DNA of 63,537 nt, counting the filler, from Folioceros fuciformis (Eukaryota), in NCBI GenBank assembly GCA_049999805.1. It is 6 parts of 6 records of this genome, joined end to end, with 100 filler letters (N's around TTAATTAATTAA, not from the genome) between each part and the next. Parts side by side here need not be neighbours in the genome. Positions count along the whole stretch, not along the records: positions 1 to 15,476 come from JBNGIO010005241.1; positions 15,577 to 24,202 come from JBNGIO010005245.1; positions 24,303 to 41,162 come from JBNGIO010005246.1; 3 more parts are not named here. The stretch is one strand, 5' to 3'. Both the position numbers and the translations under genes were made by a program. Under the pieces are notes generated by a model. It was not told the DNA's origin. It saw only the letters and a program-made list of their open reading frames with translations, and did not search any database. The first letter of the stretch is position 1. Each line of letters opens with the position of its first letter. Shown here one piece after another: positions 13,422 through 25,106 of this stretch.

Positions 13422-14555
13422 ATGAAGAGACCTTGTGACAACTCCTTGCCTAAGGCTTGCCCAAAGCAAAGGAGGATAGATTTGGTACCTAATAATATAG
13501 GGTCCAAAGATGAGGAAAATGTTAATTATAAGAATAGTCCTATGGAAGAATTTGAAGCACTTGAAGCACTCGAAGGATCCCAAAACATGGAGGAAGGTCT
13601 CGAAAAATCCAAAAACATGGAGGAAGGTCTTGAAAAACTCAAACTTGGAGAATCAACGCCTCCAAAGCGAGGTCGCGGACGCCCCAAAGGATCCAAAAGT
13701 AAAAGAAAATATATTTCAGAATTGGAATCCAAAAACATGGAGGAAGGTCTTGAAAAACTCAAACTTGGAGAATCAACACCTCCAAAGCGAGGTCGCGGAC
13801 GCCCCAAAGGATCCAAAAATAAAAGGAAATATATTTCAGAATTGGAAGGAGGAGTTGTGAAGAAGAATTTTAACAACATGGAAATCAAAACAAATGGAAG
13901 AGTGTACCACACAAGGGCTCACACTCGTGCTATGCTAGAAAGGGAGAGGAGTATGATTCCATCAACAGCCTCACAAATAACTCGTGCTGTGCTTGAAAGG
14001 CAAAAGAGTATGGCTCCATCAATAGCCGTAGAACTCGTGAACAAGACCCCACCAAATATGTCACAATACTTTGGTGTAAATGATGTTCCAACAAGAGAAG
14101 TAAATCAAACAACCATGTGGGTTTATTTTTTACAAAATGAATTGAATGAATGTATCATTCGGTTCCCTTGGGAAACAATGGACAAGGCCAGACCATATTT
14201 CTACAATGCCGGGCAAAATATGTCACAACAATCTCTTGTGAATGAAGCTCAAAATTGTGAGATGAGACAAGAGAATCAACTTTCAAATGAGCAATGTCCA
14301 TTGGACAAGTTAGACGTTCTTATGAATCACAATGCTTCATTAGAAGAAGTGAATCGATTTTCATGCGAGTGGAATTCCTTGGATGAATTGAATGTACAAG
14401 CATTCGAGGACAAGACTTTACAAGAAACAATTTCTCAAACTATTGAGAACAAAACATTGGAAGAAGAGACCCAATGGATTGACACTTTCCTTCGTAGACC
14501 AGAAAATTTTGTTAGCGATGATGTGTACCGGATCTTTGAGTTAGGAAAAGACTAA
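13422..14555 (+). CDS. AT-hook protein (two PPKRGRGRPKGS motifs), possibly transposon-associated or pseudogenised
   Basis: 377-aa ATG ORF with a near-exact 120-bp (40-aa) internal duplication, each copy carrying an RGRP AT-hook. AT-rich. The frame stays open for ~30 codons after the TAA. Confidence 0.55.
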   Translation: MKRPCDNSLPKACPKQRRIDLVPNNIGSKDEENVNYKNSPMEEFEALEALEGSQNMEEGLEKSKNMEEGLEKLKLGESTPPKRGRGRPKGSKSKRKYISELESKNMEEGLEKLKLGESTPPKRGRGRPKGSKNKRKYISELEGGVVKKNFNNMEIKTNGRVYHTRAHTRAMLERERSMIPSTASQITRAVLERQKSMAPSIAVELVNKTPPNMSQYFGVNDVPTREVNQTTMWVYFLQNELNECIIRFPWETMDKARPYFYNAGQNMSQQSLVNEAQNCEMRQENQLSNEQCPLDKLDVLMNHNASLEEVNRFSCEWNSLDELNVQAFEDKTLQETISQTIENKTLEEETQWIDTFLRRPENFVSDDVYRIFELGKD

Positions 14556-14910
14556 GACTTTAAAGAGAATAACATCCTCTTCGAGTTTGATGGAGTACAA
14601 AATCGAATTCATGTTATCATTTCACCACAACTATATTTTGTTTGGGTGATAGTCTTTTACGTTGACCTCTTATTCTAAAAACTAGGTAATGGCCATGTTG
14701 TTTGTAGTATAGTCATTAAAAAATCTACACAAAAAGAAACTTCAAATTTTGATGAAACTCTGTTTTTTTTTTCTTAGGTATTGACTACTACAACCGTATG
14801 AGAAGTGCTTTGGAGATTGGATGTTTGTTTTTCATTGCTAAGAATTCAAATACATATATAGGAGGCGGGGACAAGCAAGAAGTTGGTGTCCCTTGTCCAA
14901 CAACCTTGGT

Positions 14911-15476
14911 TGTTGGACCGTTAAGTGTCCGTTGAAGTTAAAGTTATTTCCTAAGCTATGTACTTATCCCTGTCTTGTTACTTGTTAATCTAGGTTTTAA
15001 AATATCTAATCATGTTTTATTTAACAGCTATCCTTCACCGGCTATCTATCACGTTACAAAGTCACTCAAGGTACCTTCTGGACCGGTTCCCGCTGTCTCG
15101 TCCAGCTATGGCTGAAGGCGGCTTCGTTCCCGGTGGCTTCACACACGGACTGGCCATCGTTGCGCGTGTGTCATTCTCCCCCACTTAGGATGGCTAGGTC
15201 CTCCTAGCCGGTCTACTTGGGGCCTCGGGAAGCTGTCATCTGAGCCCGCAAGTGAGGGAAGCGGTTGCAAAACGCTGCGGGTTCCCAAGTCGCAGCATTG
15301 TCTGGTTCGCCCGTCCAGGCCACTAGGAAGTCAGACACACAATAGGATCGGAGTTGGCGGTCGCGGTGCTGGAGGATACGGTGGGGCTGGTGAGGGCCAA
15401 AACTTGGCGGGTGTTCTAGGGTTTCCAAACCAGAGCTGTCTGGGATGGCAGGACTGGCAAGGGCGAGGTGCTGGAT
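14911..15476 (-). mobile_element. Ty3/Gypsy chromovirus 3' end: chromodomain, polypurine tract, start of 3' LTR
   Basis: Minus strand encodes PHRILQHR..FLVAWTGEPDNAATWEP (chromodomain), then AAGTGGGGGAGAA (PPT) directly followed by TGACAC at 15173. The LTR end near 14911 is tentative. Confidence 0.7.
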
Positions 15477-15576
15477 NNNNNNNNNNNNNNNNNNNNNNNN
15501 NNNNNNNNNNNNNNNNNNNNTTAATTAATTAANNNNNNNNNNNNNNNNNNNNNNNNNNNNNNNNNNNNNNNNNNNN
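15477..15576. other. Artificial scaffold linker (N44-TTAATTAATTAA-N44)
   Basis: Six-frame stop 12-mer at 15521-15532 between N runs. Confidence 0.95.
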
Positions 15577-16598
15577 GACAATGTTGGAGGCAGGCGCAGG
15601 CTGCATTGTACCCCCACTGTGCCAGGATCCAACCGAGCTCCTGCGACAAATACAGCGACAAAAAAGATACAAGGTAAGGACGAGAGAATCTCCAATCCAC
15701 GACCTGGCTCAGCAGCTTAAGCACAGTGCGGAGCGCAGGGGTGAAAGAAGGGCGCGGAAACACGCTTTAAAACGCTGCGGCAAGTTGCCAGGACTATCTA
15801 CAGAAGACAGGACGCGGGGGGGACACGCGGAGGACGCGGATGGACAAACTGGAACTATTCAAACAAGTGTCCAAGGCAGATGTCAGAGAAATCTGATTCT
15901 GGATCATTTATTCTAATTGAAACCGGAGCATTTTCTTAAAACAAGTCGACAATGTCACACGCGGCGTACGCGTGAAGGGGGGACGTACAAAAGCCTCGGG
16001 GAAGGCCCTTTATAACCCTGGCATGACCACTACAGTATTATATTATAGTATTAAATTCTAGACCACAAATCCTTAGGCGCTGTCATAAGCCCTAGCACAT
16101 TATAGAGGAAAAAGCTATGCTACAAGCCATTCTAAGGGCGAAAAACGAGCCAATCATCTTGATCATTAGCCTTGACTCCAATAGAGGATGGAGAGCTCAG
16201 GCACTACATGTAAAATAAAGATTGCACAAACTGGTTATACTTGGTTATAGAAAGGATCTTAGTGAAACCATCCATCCATAAGCATGGAAGTTGCTATGTG
16301 CAGGGAAAATCAATGACACATCTTCTACTTTCTAACAAACATAATAGGGGGTCTCAAATGTCGACCAAGTTCAACCATATACGGGCGTGGGTAGAAGCCT
16401 AAGTTCACACAAGAGGCCACCCAAGAACTGAAAACATGAACTTTGAAACCATCCGAACTACATCACAGTCGGGATTTGGGATCAACCTAACTTACATCGA
16501 ACGCAACTGAAGCGATTGGTGTGGCACCAAATTTGAAATAGCTACTCACATGATTCATCCCTCACCTTCTACTCCCAACTACCATCAGTCTTCACCAC

Positions 16599-17921
16599 TT
16601 GAAGCTATGGTACGACCCTTGTCATTGTTCCCATGAGGAGTGCATCTACTACTGCTCGTGCAATCCCAAGCAGTTCCTCCGGCTTCCACAAAGCTCAAGA
16701 AGGAGCATTACGCTCTTATTTGTGATTACCTTGAGGAGCCTGAAAATTTCAGTGCCCTCTTTGGAGAAGCAAAGAAGACTCGTATGGGAGGTCGCATCTA
16801 CTAAAAAGATGGCGTTTGCAGTGATGGCTTCTATCCTCCAACTCCACGGGTTTCCTTCGATGGATGGAGCACACCTCTTCAAGCGTGTAAGACATTATTT
16901 GGACAACTTGAAGAAAGCTTATGCTCTCCATAACAACACCGGGGGTGGGTTAATAACAGAAGAGGTGGCACAAGGTCTCACACTTAGTGAGAAATCGAAG
17001 AAGATCTATCCTTTTTACGAGTGTACGAATGCCCTCTTTGGGCAGAGACCAAACATGCAACTGCCAGCTATTTTGGATCATGGATTGTCAGAGCATTTTT
17101 CCGAGGTGGGTTCATATATTGCTTTTCCGAGCTCCTTCATAAATATCTAGTGTACATGAGCTGCAAGTACCCACCACACTCTATTTCTTTCAGTATCATG
17201 GTATTAGGCTTTCCATTCGTCAGGCTTTCCATCAAGCTTTCGTTATATCTAAGGTCAGTGCCATTCTTTGTTGGTTCTTGCACAAACAGATGTAGGGTTT
17301 AAGAATGGGTTGGAGGATTATCCTGCAACATTTCCTTTCTCACAATAGGAAGAAGAAGAAGATGCACAGTTGTAACCACCACCACCTCACCAACATCATC
17401 ACCAAGGAACACCTCCCTTGACTCTAGCAACTTCCAGTGATACCAACTCGGAGCAATCTTCACCCATGCCATCCATGACTACCAACTCGGAACAACCTAG
17501 ATCTAAGGTGACACCTAACCCTGACCTAGACTCCAACCACCAGCGCAAAGCAAACATAGCTGCCTAGTATGTGGAGAATTCCAAGGCAATTGTGGAGTTG
17601 CTAAGAGACATGTTGTAAGCATCGATCCAATGAAGAGACCAGGAAATGAAGTTGTGAAGGGTAGATCTGGATATGCGTCGAGATGAATTGATAGCACGAC
17701 ACCAAGCTCAATTGTTGAAGCTTGCTCACCAAATGGATATTTCCCGCTTCATTGCAAAGAAGGCCAACAAGCGGGTAAAACTACAAGCAAAAGCTAAAAA
17801 TAGGCAACACAAGTTGAAATTAGCTTCTCATGAGCGGCAACATCGCTCTACGGGCCACCTTCAGCTCAAAAACACAAAAGTCAGAGGAAGAGATTGGCAA
17901 ATTTTTGAAGTCTATGTTTGA
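16599..17921 (+). pseudogene. Harbinger-associated Myb/SANT-like accessory ORF remnant
   Basis: KKMAFAVMA..NTGGGL..E..L.EK.KK.YPFYE..NALFGQRPN followed by a coiled-coil tail; broken by stops and frameshifts. Confidence 0.55.
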
Positions 17922-18379
17922 GGTAGGTCTCTAGGTTTGCCAACAATCTGCATATAAAGCACTTGATCCTTCGCTTTTGTCTAACATGAACATTTTCAGT
18001 TCCTATATTTTATAAAAGCCTAGATGACAATAATTTGACAGAGCTATGGTTGAAGAGCATCTAAGATTTCAAAAGTGGCATGTAGGAGTGCACTTCCTTT
18101 GTAGATCTCAATGACAGCTTTCATTCAAATGTTCATGTGTCTTGTTTGGTTTTCTATAGAGACTAAAATTGGACATTATAGTTGCTGGTTTTAAAACATT
18201 ACATTACACTTGCTAAGATCCATGTTATTCCATTCAAGCACTCATGTGACAACGTCAAAAGATAGCAACAAAGTACATGGTTTCGACAGATGTCATACTA
18301 TTGTTTACTTACTTTAACTATGGTGGAGAAATCCTCGTGGATGCCTATGAAACTCAAACACTACTTGCATAATTGCCCC

Positions 18380-19800
18380 TTTGAATGCTCTTCCACCAAC
18401 ACAGGCATCGGCTTCACTTCTAGGTGCAGCATCTTGAGGATTAGCAATCTCGTTGACCTATACAAGGGACAGTAGCATGTCCTTTTCTGTTCACCAGTCT
18501 TGTCTACTTATCATATAGTTTGCACAAGAATGCACACACTTTAACCCACTTTTCTAGTCACCTATGGTCTAATGTTGTCTTTCATTGCATACAGTCTTGT
18601 CTACTTATCATATAGTTTGCATAGGAATGCACACACTTTAACCCACTTTACTAGTCACCTATGGTCTAANNNNNNNNNNACACTTTAACCCACTTTACTA
18701 GTCACCTATGGTCTAATGTGGTCTTTCATTGCATACAGTCTTGTCTACTTATCATATAGTTTGCATAGGAATGCACACACTTTAACCCACTTTACTAGTC
18801 ACCTATGGCCTAATATGGTCTTTCATTTCATACAAAATTCTCTCAGATTGTACCATCTAGGTTTCAAAATTCCTATGTAATGCCCGTTGATGTATCTCAC
18901 TTTAACGATACAGATGTTGAAGTCCACTTTATCCTGGTCACCAAATGTATTCTTGTATGAAGCAATAAGGTAGGGAGCATTGACATATCCTGAATCACCT
19001 AGGAGATATTGTCCATGCTCAAAGACATGGTGCTCATTGACATGCTTCCCAAGCCTGCTTCCTCAAAGACACATAATATCTATGCAGGATCTAGGATAGC
19101 CTGCAAACCACAATAAAATACTGAAGTTAAAGGTTGGAGATGGAAGTATGGCAAACAAGATTCCCAATTAGGCAAGTTTAAAGTGAGATGTACCTATTGA
19201 GATGTATAAGATTCCACGTTATCTGTCACAGAAAACCTGCACATTCATTGAGTATCTTGGCCTTGTGATCATAAAAAAACTAACCTTCATTTTTTGAACC
19301 TTGCGCTAACGGCAAGGTGGTGCTCTTTATGAGGCCCACACATCTTGAGAAGCCTCTACGGCCAAAATTTGGTTCAATTGCCCGTCTCTGAGTAGGAGAA
19401 GGTTATACTAAGAAGGAATCCTGTGTGGACTCAAGGGCCACGATGCATTTGTGGGTAAAATTAATGTCCCTACCAACACTGAAAGCCCACTAGTGCAAAA
19501 CGTGATTGATTGCCACCCCACTGCTGGTATAGCCCAATTTGTCCAAGCATATGGCCAATTGAATTGACTCTAGAGTTTGTGGCATGAAACTGTTGTTTAG
19601 AAATACCTCATTGTCTTTTATTATCTCCACAAATGTGAAAAAGGTAGCTATCCTTCTCCATACGCACTGCCAAAACAAGTGAGAGGGAATCTCTAGATAT
19701 AAAAACTGCTGTTTCAAATCTTTGCTAGTAGGTAAGATTTGGCGAGGTACAACATACCGTTATTATTCATCAAGAACAAAGCTTTCAAATAATTGACTTG
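18380..19800 (-). pseudogene. HARBI1/DDE_Tnp_4-type transposase remnant
   Basis: Minus strand reads RGFSRCVGLI (~19330-19360) and FEHGQYLLGDSGYVNAPYLI (~18960-19025); multiple stops. Confidence 0.75.
18495..18835. repeat. ~97-bp tandem repeat (at least 3 copies, interrupted by a 10-N gap)
   Basis: cagtcttgtctacttatcatatagtttgca...cattgcata starts at 18495, 18592 and 18736. Confidence 0.9.
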
Positions 19801-21861
19801 CAGCCTCATCGAAGGTGGTTGTTGATGTATAGAGTGTAGGTGGAGGCATAGGTGGTTGTTGATGTATAGAGTGTAGGTGCAGGCATACATGTTACAGGCA
19901 ACATATCTAAGGAGGGGAGCTGAAGTGAGAGTGAGTCATTCAGATTGTTTAAATGAGTGATGAGAAAGGATGGGACCTCCACATCTTGTAGGATATCACA
20001 CTCCAAACTTGAACAAATATCATCTATCAATGTCTAGCAATGACTAACGGTTAGCATTAGAAGAGGACTAAGAACTAGGGATAAGAATCATATATGAGAC
20101 TTTTCACATAGGTTGGCATTAGAAGGGGACTAAGAAGTAGGCATAAATATGAGAATCACATATCAGATTTGTCGCATACGTAAGACGTAAGTTCGTTGTG
20201 TGGCAATGACAGCCATAAAATTGTTCTCGCTTGGTGGATGTGAACCCTAAAATGTTTTTGAATTACACTCAAACTGGACTCGGCCAAAGGCCGAGTTCCA
20301 AAACTTTATTTGGGGTACCTCCCTAGGTACCCCAAGTCTGAAACGCCCCACTTGGACTATGTTTGAGACCCGCTAACGATGTTGAATGTTGGTATGTTTC
20401 ACTTGATTGTCAATATACAAAGGTGTAGGCATTGTTGGAGGATGGCCAAACTCTTGTAATAGGAGACACAAACAACCTTTAGTAAGATATGGTGTAAACA
20501 TATATTTTGCCTCCAACAACCTTAAGTAAGATACAATGTAGACATATACTTTACCTCCAATGGAGACACAGCAATAAAATCTTGTGTCTCATACAATTTA
20601 AGTTCATCGAAAGAAAACAAGTACATAAATGTCTAGAAGAAGAGCAACACAAAATTTTATGTTCAAGTTGTTATCAAAATAGACAAAAAATCTTCTGTTC
20701 ATAAGATTCAAGTTGTTATAAAAAATCGACAAGAATCGACAAAAAATATGTATCAACGAGGGTATCCATTTAAGGGGCATGCACTTGAGGCAAGTGAGGA
20801 AGCTGGTTGTTTGCGTTCGTAGGAATGTATAGAGAGACAGAATCCAAATTAGCAGTAATAACATAACTATTCTCCACTTAAAAAACAAGACCAATATCCA
20901 AATCTCAGAAAACAAATATGGATCAATCATCGAAAGTGGGTAATATTGACAGAAACAGATCATCTACAGTGATAATAAAGACAGAAACAGATGTAAATGA
21001 AGAGGGTACAAAGGACGGAAACTGATGACAACTGACGTAATTCATTTGAGGTATCATCGGCGATTCGACCGTCACCGCCTACTATCTGTTGCTGTGAGAT
21101 GGAACATGGAGTGGGAAGATCTTATGAAATGGAGAGTACCTTATATAGTAGTTTCCTACTGATGAATGTCCGGTATCCTTCACACAGCGCAAGCTCCAAC
21201 ATGGATCGTCCGGCGACTTGCCCAGCTTCGGGATCCAAAGATCCAGGCGAAAGCAAGCGCAAAAACAGTTAGCCCAGGTAAGGACACATCTCAGACTGTC
21301 TTTACAGAACATACTGCAACAGCGTGTGATCGGTAAGAGAAACAGAAACTTCGAATTATCTACAAAGAGTCTTTACAATTCTACCTCACTGCTCTGGATG
21401 GAGCGGCAATCTTGTTAACAGGGTTCGGCCCAGCAGAACCATCAGGAACTGACCTTGGTAAGTATCAGGGAGCCAAGAGTTCAAAGATCTACAGGTGCAA
21501 GACACCAAAATTCAGTCACCTTCGACGAGCGCTCCCCGACAACCATGGAGCGCTCCTCTTGCGAAAGAGAAAGAGACCGGGATAACACTGGGAAGGATCG
21601 CTTAAGAGACCTAACATCCCCTAAAATGTGGAAGAGTTTCTCCAGTCCGAGGTGCCTGTAGCAACTGCATACAGCCTTGACTACATTACTTCCCACACTT
21701 TAAATATCACGCTAAGAAAAAACCCTTGGCTAGAACCTGAATTCGAGAGGTCCGTCTTTCCAAAGAATCTTATTCCTATACGAATTACTGAGTTTCTGAC
21801 ACATCCAGTTGAATCAGCAGCCGTATCAGCTGTATCACCTTCCCCTCGGATGTTTTAAGGA

Positions 21862-23974
21862 CTACTCATCAACCGTTCCGCCCACAGACTCGGCAGGAGT
21901 GATGTCACTCCCCTCTGCATAGTTGCTGTTCTCCTTGAGACCATCACAGCTAGCATTATTATCACCCTTAGTGCCTTCAACCATGGCTTTGAATTTCACC
22001 AGATACTTGGTTACCTCTTCAAGGTTTTGTTCGAGCTCCGACACTCGCCTTGTTTTCTCCTTCAGTTTTCGCTCTGTCTCCTCCAGGCGTGCCTTCAGCT
22101 CATCCCTCTCCTTCTCCACGCTTCTTGGTTGCGCTTTGCTCTGTATCACCGTTCGGGGAAGGGAATTAGCCCAACATCAAACTCAAATATTCACGCAGAT
22201 AGACAGATGCAGTCCCTGACTCATCAGTTCAGATGTATTGATCAGAAAATAGTGGCAGAGGAAATTATGTGCAAGAGGGACATGCGCTCGTTCCCAAGTA
22301 GTAGAAGACCATGAGGGTAACCAACATGCGACAGATATAGCAAATATTCTGGACAAAAATCAGACGCTGCAGCTATCCGGAAGTGATGATAGGTGGGGAA
22401 TCCACTGCAAACGACAAAACAAGCTGTAGTACGGACACTGACAAGCATGACCCCTAAAGGATTCCATAAATTCAGACTTAGCCCACCAACATTGACAAAA
22501 TATTTCAAGAACAGTAAGTCCCATGCCTAGGAATGCTTCAACTCTGGTTTGCCATTGGGGTCAGTTAGGAAACATGTGGTCCAGAATGCTTCAAGGAAGC
22601 TGGGTCCATCTTCCCTAGCGATCCAAGCTTTCCACATGTGCTAGTTGCATCCAAGCAATTTCTTGTACTGCAAAGAGAAGAAAGCAATGAACACAAATAA
22701 ATACCTAAAGCATAGATAGTATGATAACCTGGTAGAAGATATGATGTGTTCTCATCAAAGCTAAAACTGTAGTTCAACTCTGTAAAAGCACACCGAGTCC
22801 TACACACATTACACTCTCCCCAAGACACCTATCAGCATGGCAGCAACCATGAACGTGAACGACACACAATGCAAAAAGGCTGCAAGGGAGGACACATCCC
22901 GAACGCACGACGTTGGTCCATCAAGGCCCGGGACAGCTGGACCCATGCCATACAACAGCACACAGCGCTGCCCGTAACTACAGTCTCCATCCCACAAAAA
23001 CGACCCCCCTAAACAAGAAAACTAGGAAAGTAGTGAGTGTGAAAGGCAGGGAACGCAGTGGACAACAACGTGAAAAGACACACCTCATCAAGGAAATCCT
23101 GCTTGAGATGGCTATCTCGGCGATCAAGAGCTTCATTCATTGCCGCTTCCGCTGCCTTTTTGGCAGCCTCGGCTTCGGCTCTTGCCTCTTCCGCAATCCG
23201 CAGAGCTGCGACAGCCTGGGCTGCAGCGAGCCCAGCTGCAACCTCAGCAGCTGTGGCTCGCTCATTCGACGCCCTGGCCCTTTCCTCCGCACTAGTTAGA
23301 TTAACTTGCCACAAGCCGACGTCCGCGTCCCCGTCCGCACCCTGCACGGACTCCGCCTCCGTCTCCACATCCACGTCCACATCGGCTTCCGCCTCGAAGC
23401 CCCCACCGTGTCCATTCCGCACTTGATCTGCCCCCTTCCAGTCGCTCCGCCACTCCATATCCCTCTCCCGCGAGGTGCTCTCCCCGCTGATGGAGTACTT
23501 GACACTACCATGCCTCTTAACCCCGACATGCTGCTGCAACTGGCATGGCTCCCGCCTCCGCACACCGAGGCATCCTCCCCCGCTGTCGGAGGTCGTCTTG
23601 TCCGCAGATCCAGCGGACAAACTACTACTACTCTCTACCTTATCGTCCCGGCCCCCCTGCTGCAGCCTGCCGATGCAGTCGGAGTCCTCGTCCACCAGCA
23701 CGTGCAATGCCACGGACTCCGCCAAAGCTGCGCCTTCCTCATCCAGCCGCTGCTCCTCCTCCTTCCTCCGCTGCTTCTTCTTCTCCAGCTCCGTTCTGAT
23801 GGCGGCGGCCGTGGCAAGAGCCTTCTCCAGCCGCCGCTTCTTCTTCTCCGCCTGCTTCAGCCGATCCCGCTCCTCCTTCGCCTGCTTCTTCTTCTCCTTC
23901 CTCGAGCTCGTCACCGTAGGGAAGGGCACGGAGCCCGGGCTCGGCCCTGGGGCTCCACTCTCCACCACAGGCAT
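21862..23974 (-). CDS. Uncharacterised plant coiled-coil protein (exons 23974-23084 and 22140-21862)
   Basis: Blocks KKKRRLEKALATAAAIRTELEKKKQ..EEQRLDEEGAALAESVALHVL and AAEVAAGLAAAQAVAALRIAEEAR resemble a conserved plant family (from memory). GAG|GT donor and CAG|AGC acceptor are in phase. Exon 2 is a coiled coil. Confidence 0.75.
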
Positions 23975-24202
23975 CCTCCCCGCAACCCTGACATCAAACT
24001 GCGCCAATTCCCTGCCCGCAGATGCTCCACGGGATCCAAACCCTCATTGCCTACCTCCACCAAAACGTTTAGCAAGAAAGCAAGAACGCCCTCCCCACCT
24101 CCGCCCCGGGCCCCCACCCGAGATCTCCTCCCTCCACAAGCGAATGTTTGCAATTGGCGCATACACTGGCCCCCTTCCCTCCCTAATTACGCTTCCCCAT
24201 AT

Positions 24203-24302
24203 NNNNNNNNNNNNNNNNNNNNNNNNNNNNNNNNNNNNNNNNNNNNTTAATTAATTAANNNNNNNNNNNNNNNNNNNNNNNNNNNNNNNNNNNNNNNNNN
24301 NN
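24203..24302. other. Artificial scaffold linker
   Basis: TTAATTAATTAA at 24247-24258 between N runs. Confidence 0.95.
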
Positions 24303-25106
24303 AGCCTATCTCTTAGTGCTGCCTCTGCAACACCCAACCTTCTCGGATCGCAGCTGTCTCCTGGGTTGGATGGTGGACGATTTCCGCCTCTTCATCCAAT
24401 CTCCAGCGCGCCACAGTCTCCTCCAGTACAGTATCTTAGTCCCCAACAAGCGGATTGTTGATGTGGTGAAATCAAGCTGGAAAATTCTCCCAACCTGGCA
24501 ATGCAACGAACCACAAGAACCTCTAGGAGACAAAGACACAGCAGGGACGAAGTNNNNNNNNNNNNNNNNNNNNNNNNNNNNNNNNNNNNNNNNNNNNNNN
24601 NNNNNNNNNNNNNNNNNNNNNNNNNNNNNNNNNNNNNNNNNNNNNNNNNNNNNCTACATATATAGGCAAAAACCCCCAGGAGTTCTCGATGAAGTGTCCA
24701 CCCGTATCGATGGTGGGCACTTTATAATCCTACTTTCCTTGATTTATGATTTTTATGTATTTTCTAATATCTTCTAATATAAATCTGCTATCTATATATG
24801 CGGCATAGCACCGCGCCTTTCATGCACAACCATGCATATAGGTTGCATGCGCCATGACACATCACCTGCCACATGTCCACATACATCACATGTCATCCTT
24901 CATCTCCATATGCATGCATACATGGCACACATGCATATATGGCATACATGTCATGTGCAGGCCATCCATGGGCCATGTACATGACATCATCAAGCACTTC
25001 AGCATCAGGGCTTATGCCTGAGATGCTCCAGTCAGTATCTAGTCATTTCAGCATTCAGGGCTTATGCCCAGGATGCTCTAGTCAGTATCCAGTCATAGAG
25101 TCTTAG

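Larger units (their letters stand above)
16347..20373. mobile_element. Degenerate PIF/Harbinger DNA transposon with two convergent ORF remnants
   Basis: Imperfect TIRs GGGGGTCTCAAA (16347) and TTTGAGACCCGC (ending 20373, followed by TAA). Contains a Myb/SANT-like ORF remnant on + and a DDE transposase remnant on -. Confidence 0.75.

Noticed and set aside
15521-15532. TTAATTAATTAA as a biological motif (e.g. piggyBac TTAA site)
   Set aside because: Always centred in identical N runs; it is a six-frame-stop assembly linker.
23058-24254. Long + strand ORFs of up to 314 aa
   Set aside because: Antisense shadows of a GC-rich minus-strand coding exon; the same applies to ORFs opposite ANKRD13, GLDH and VMS1.
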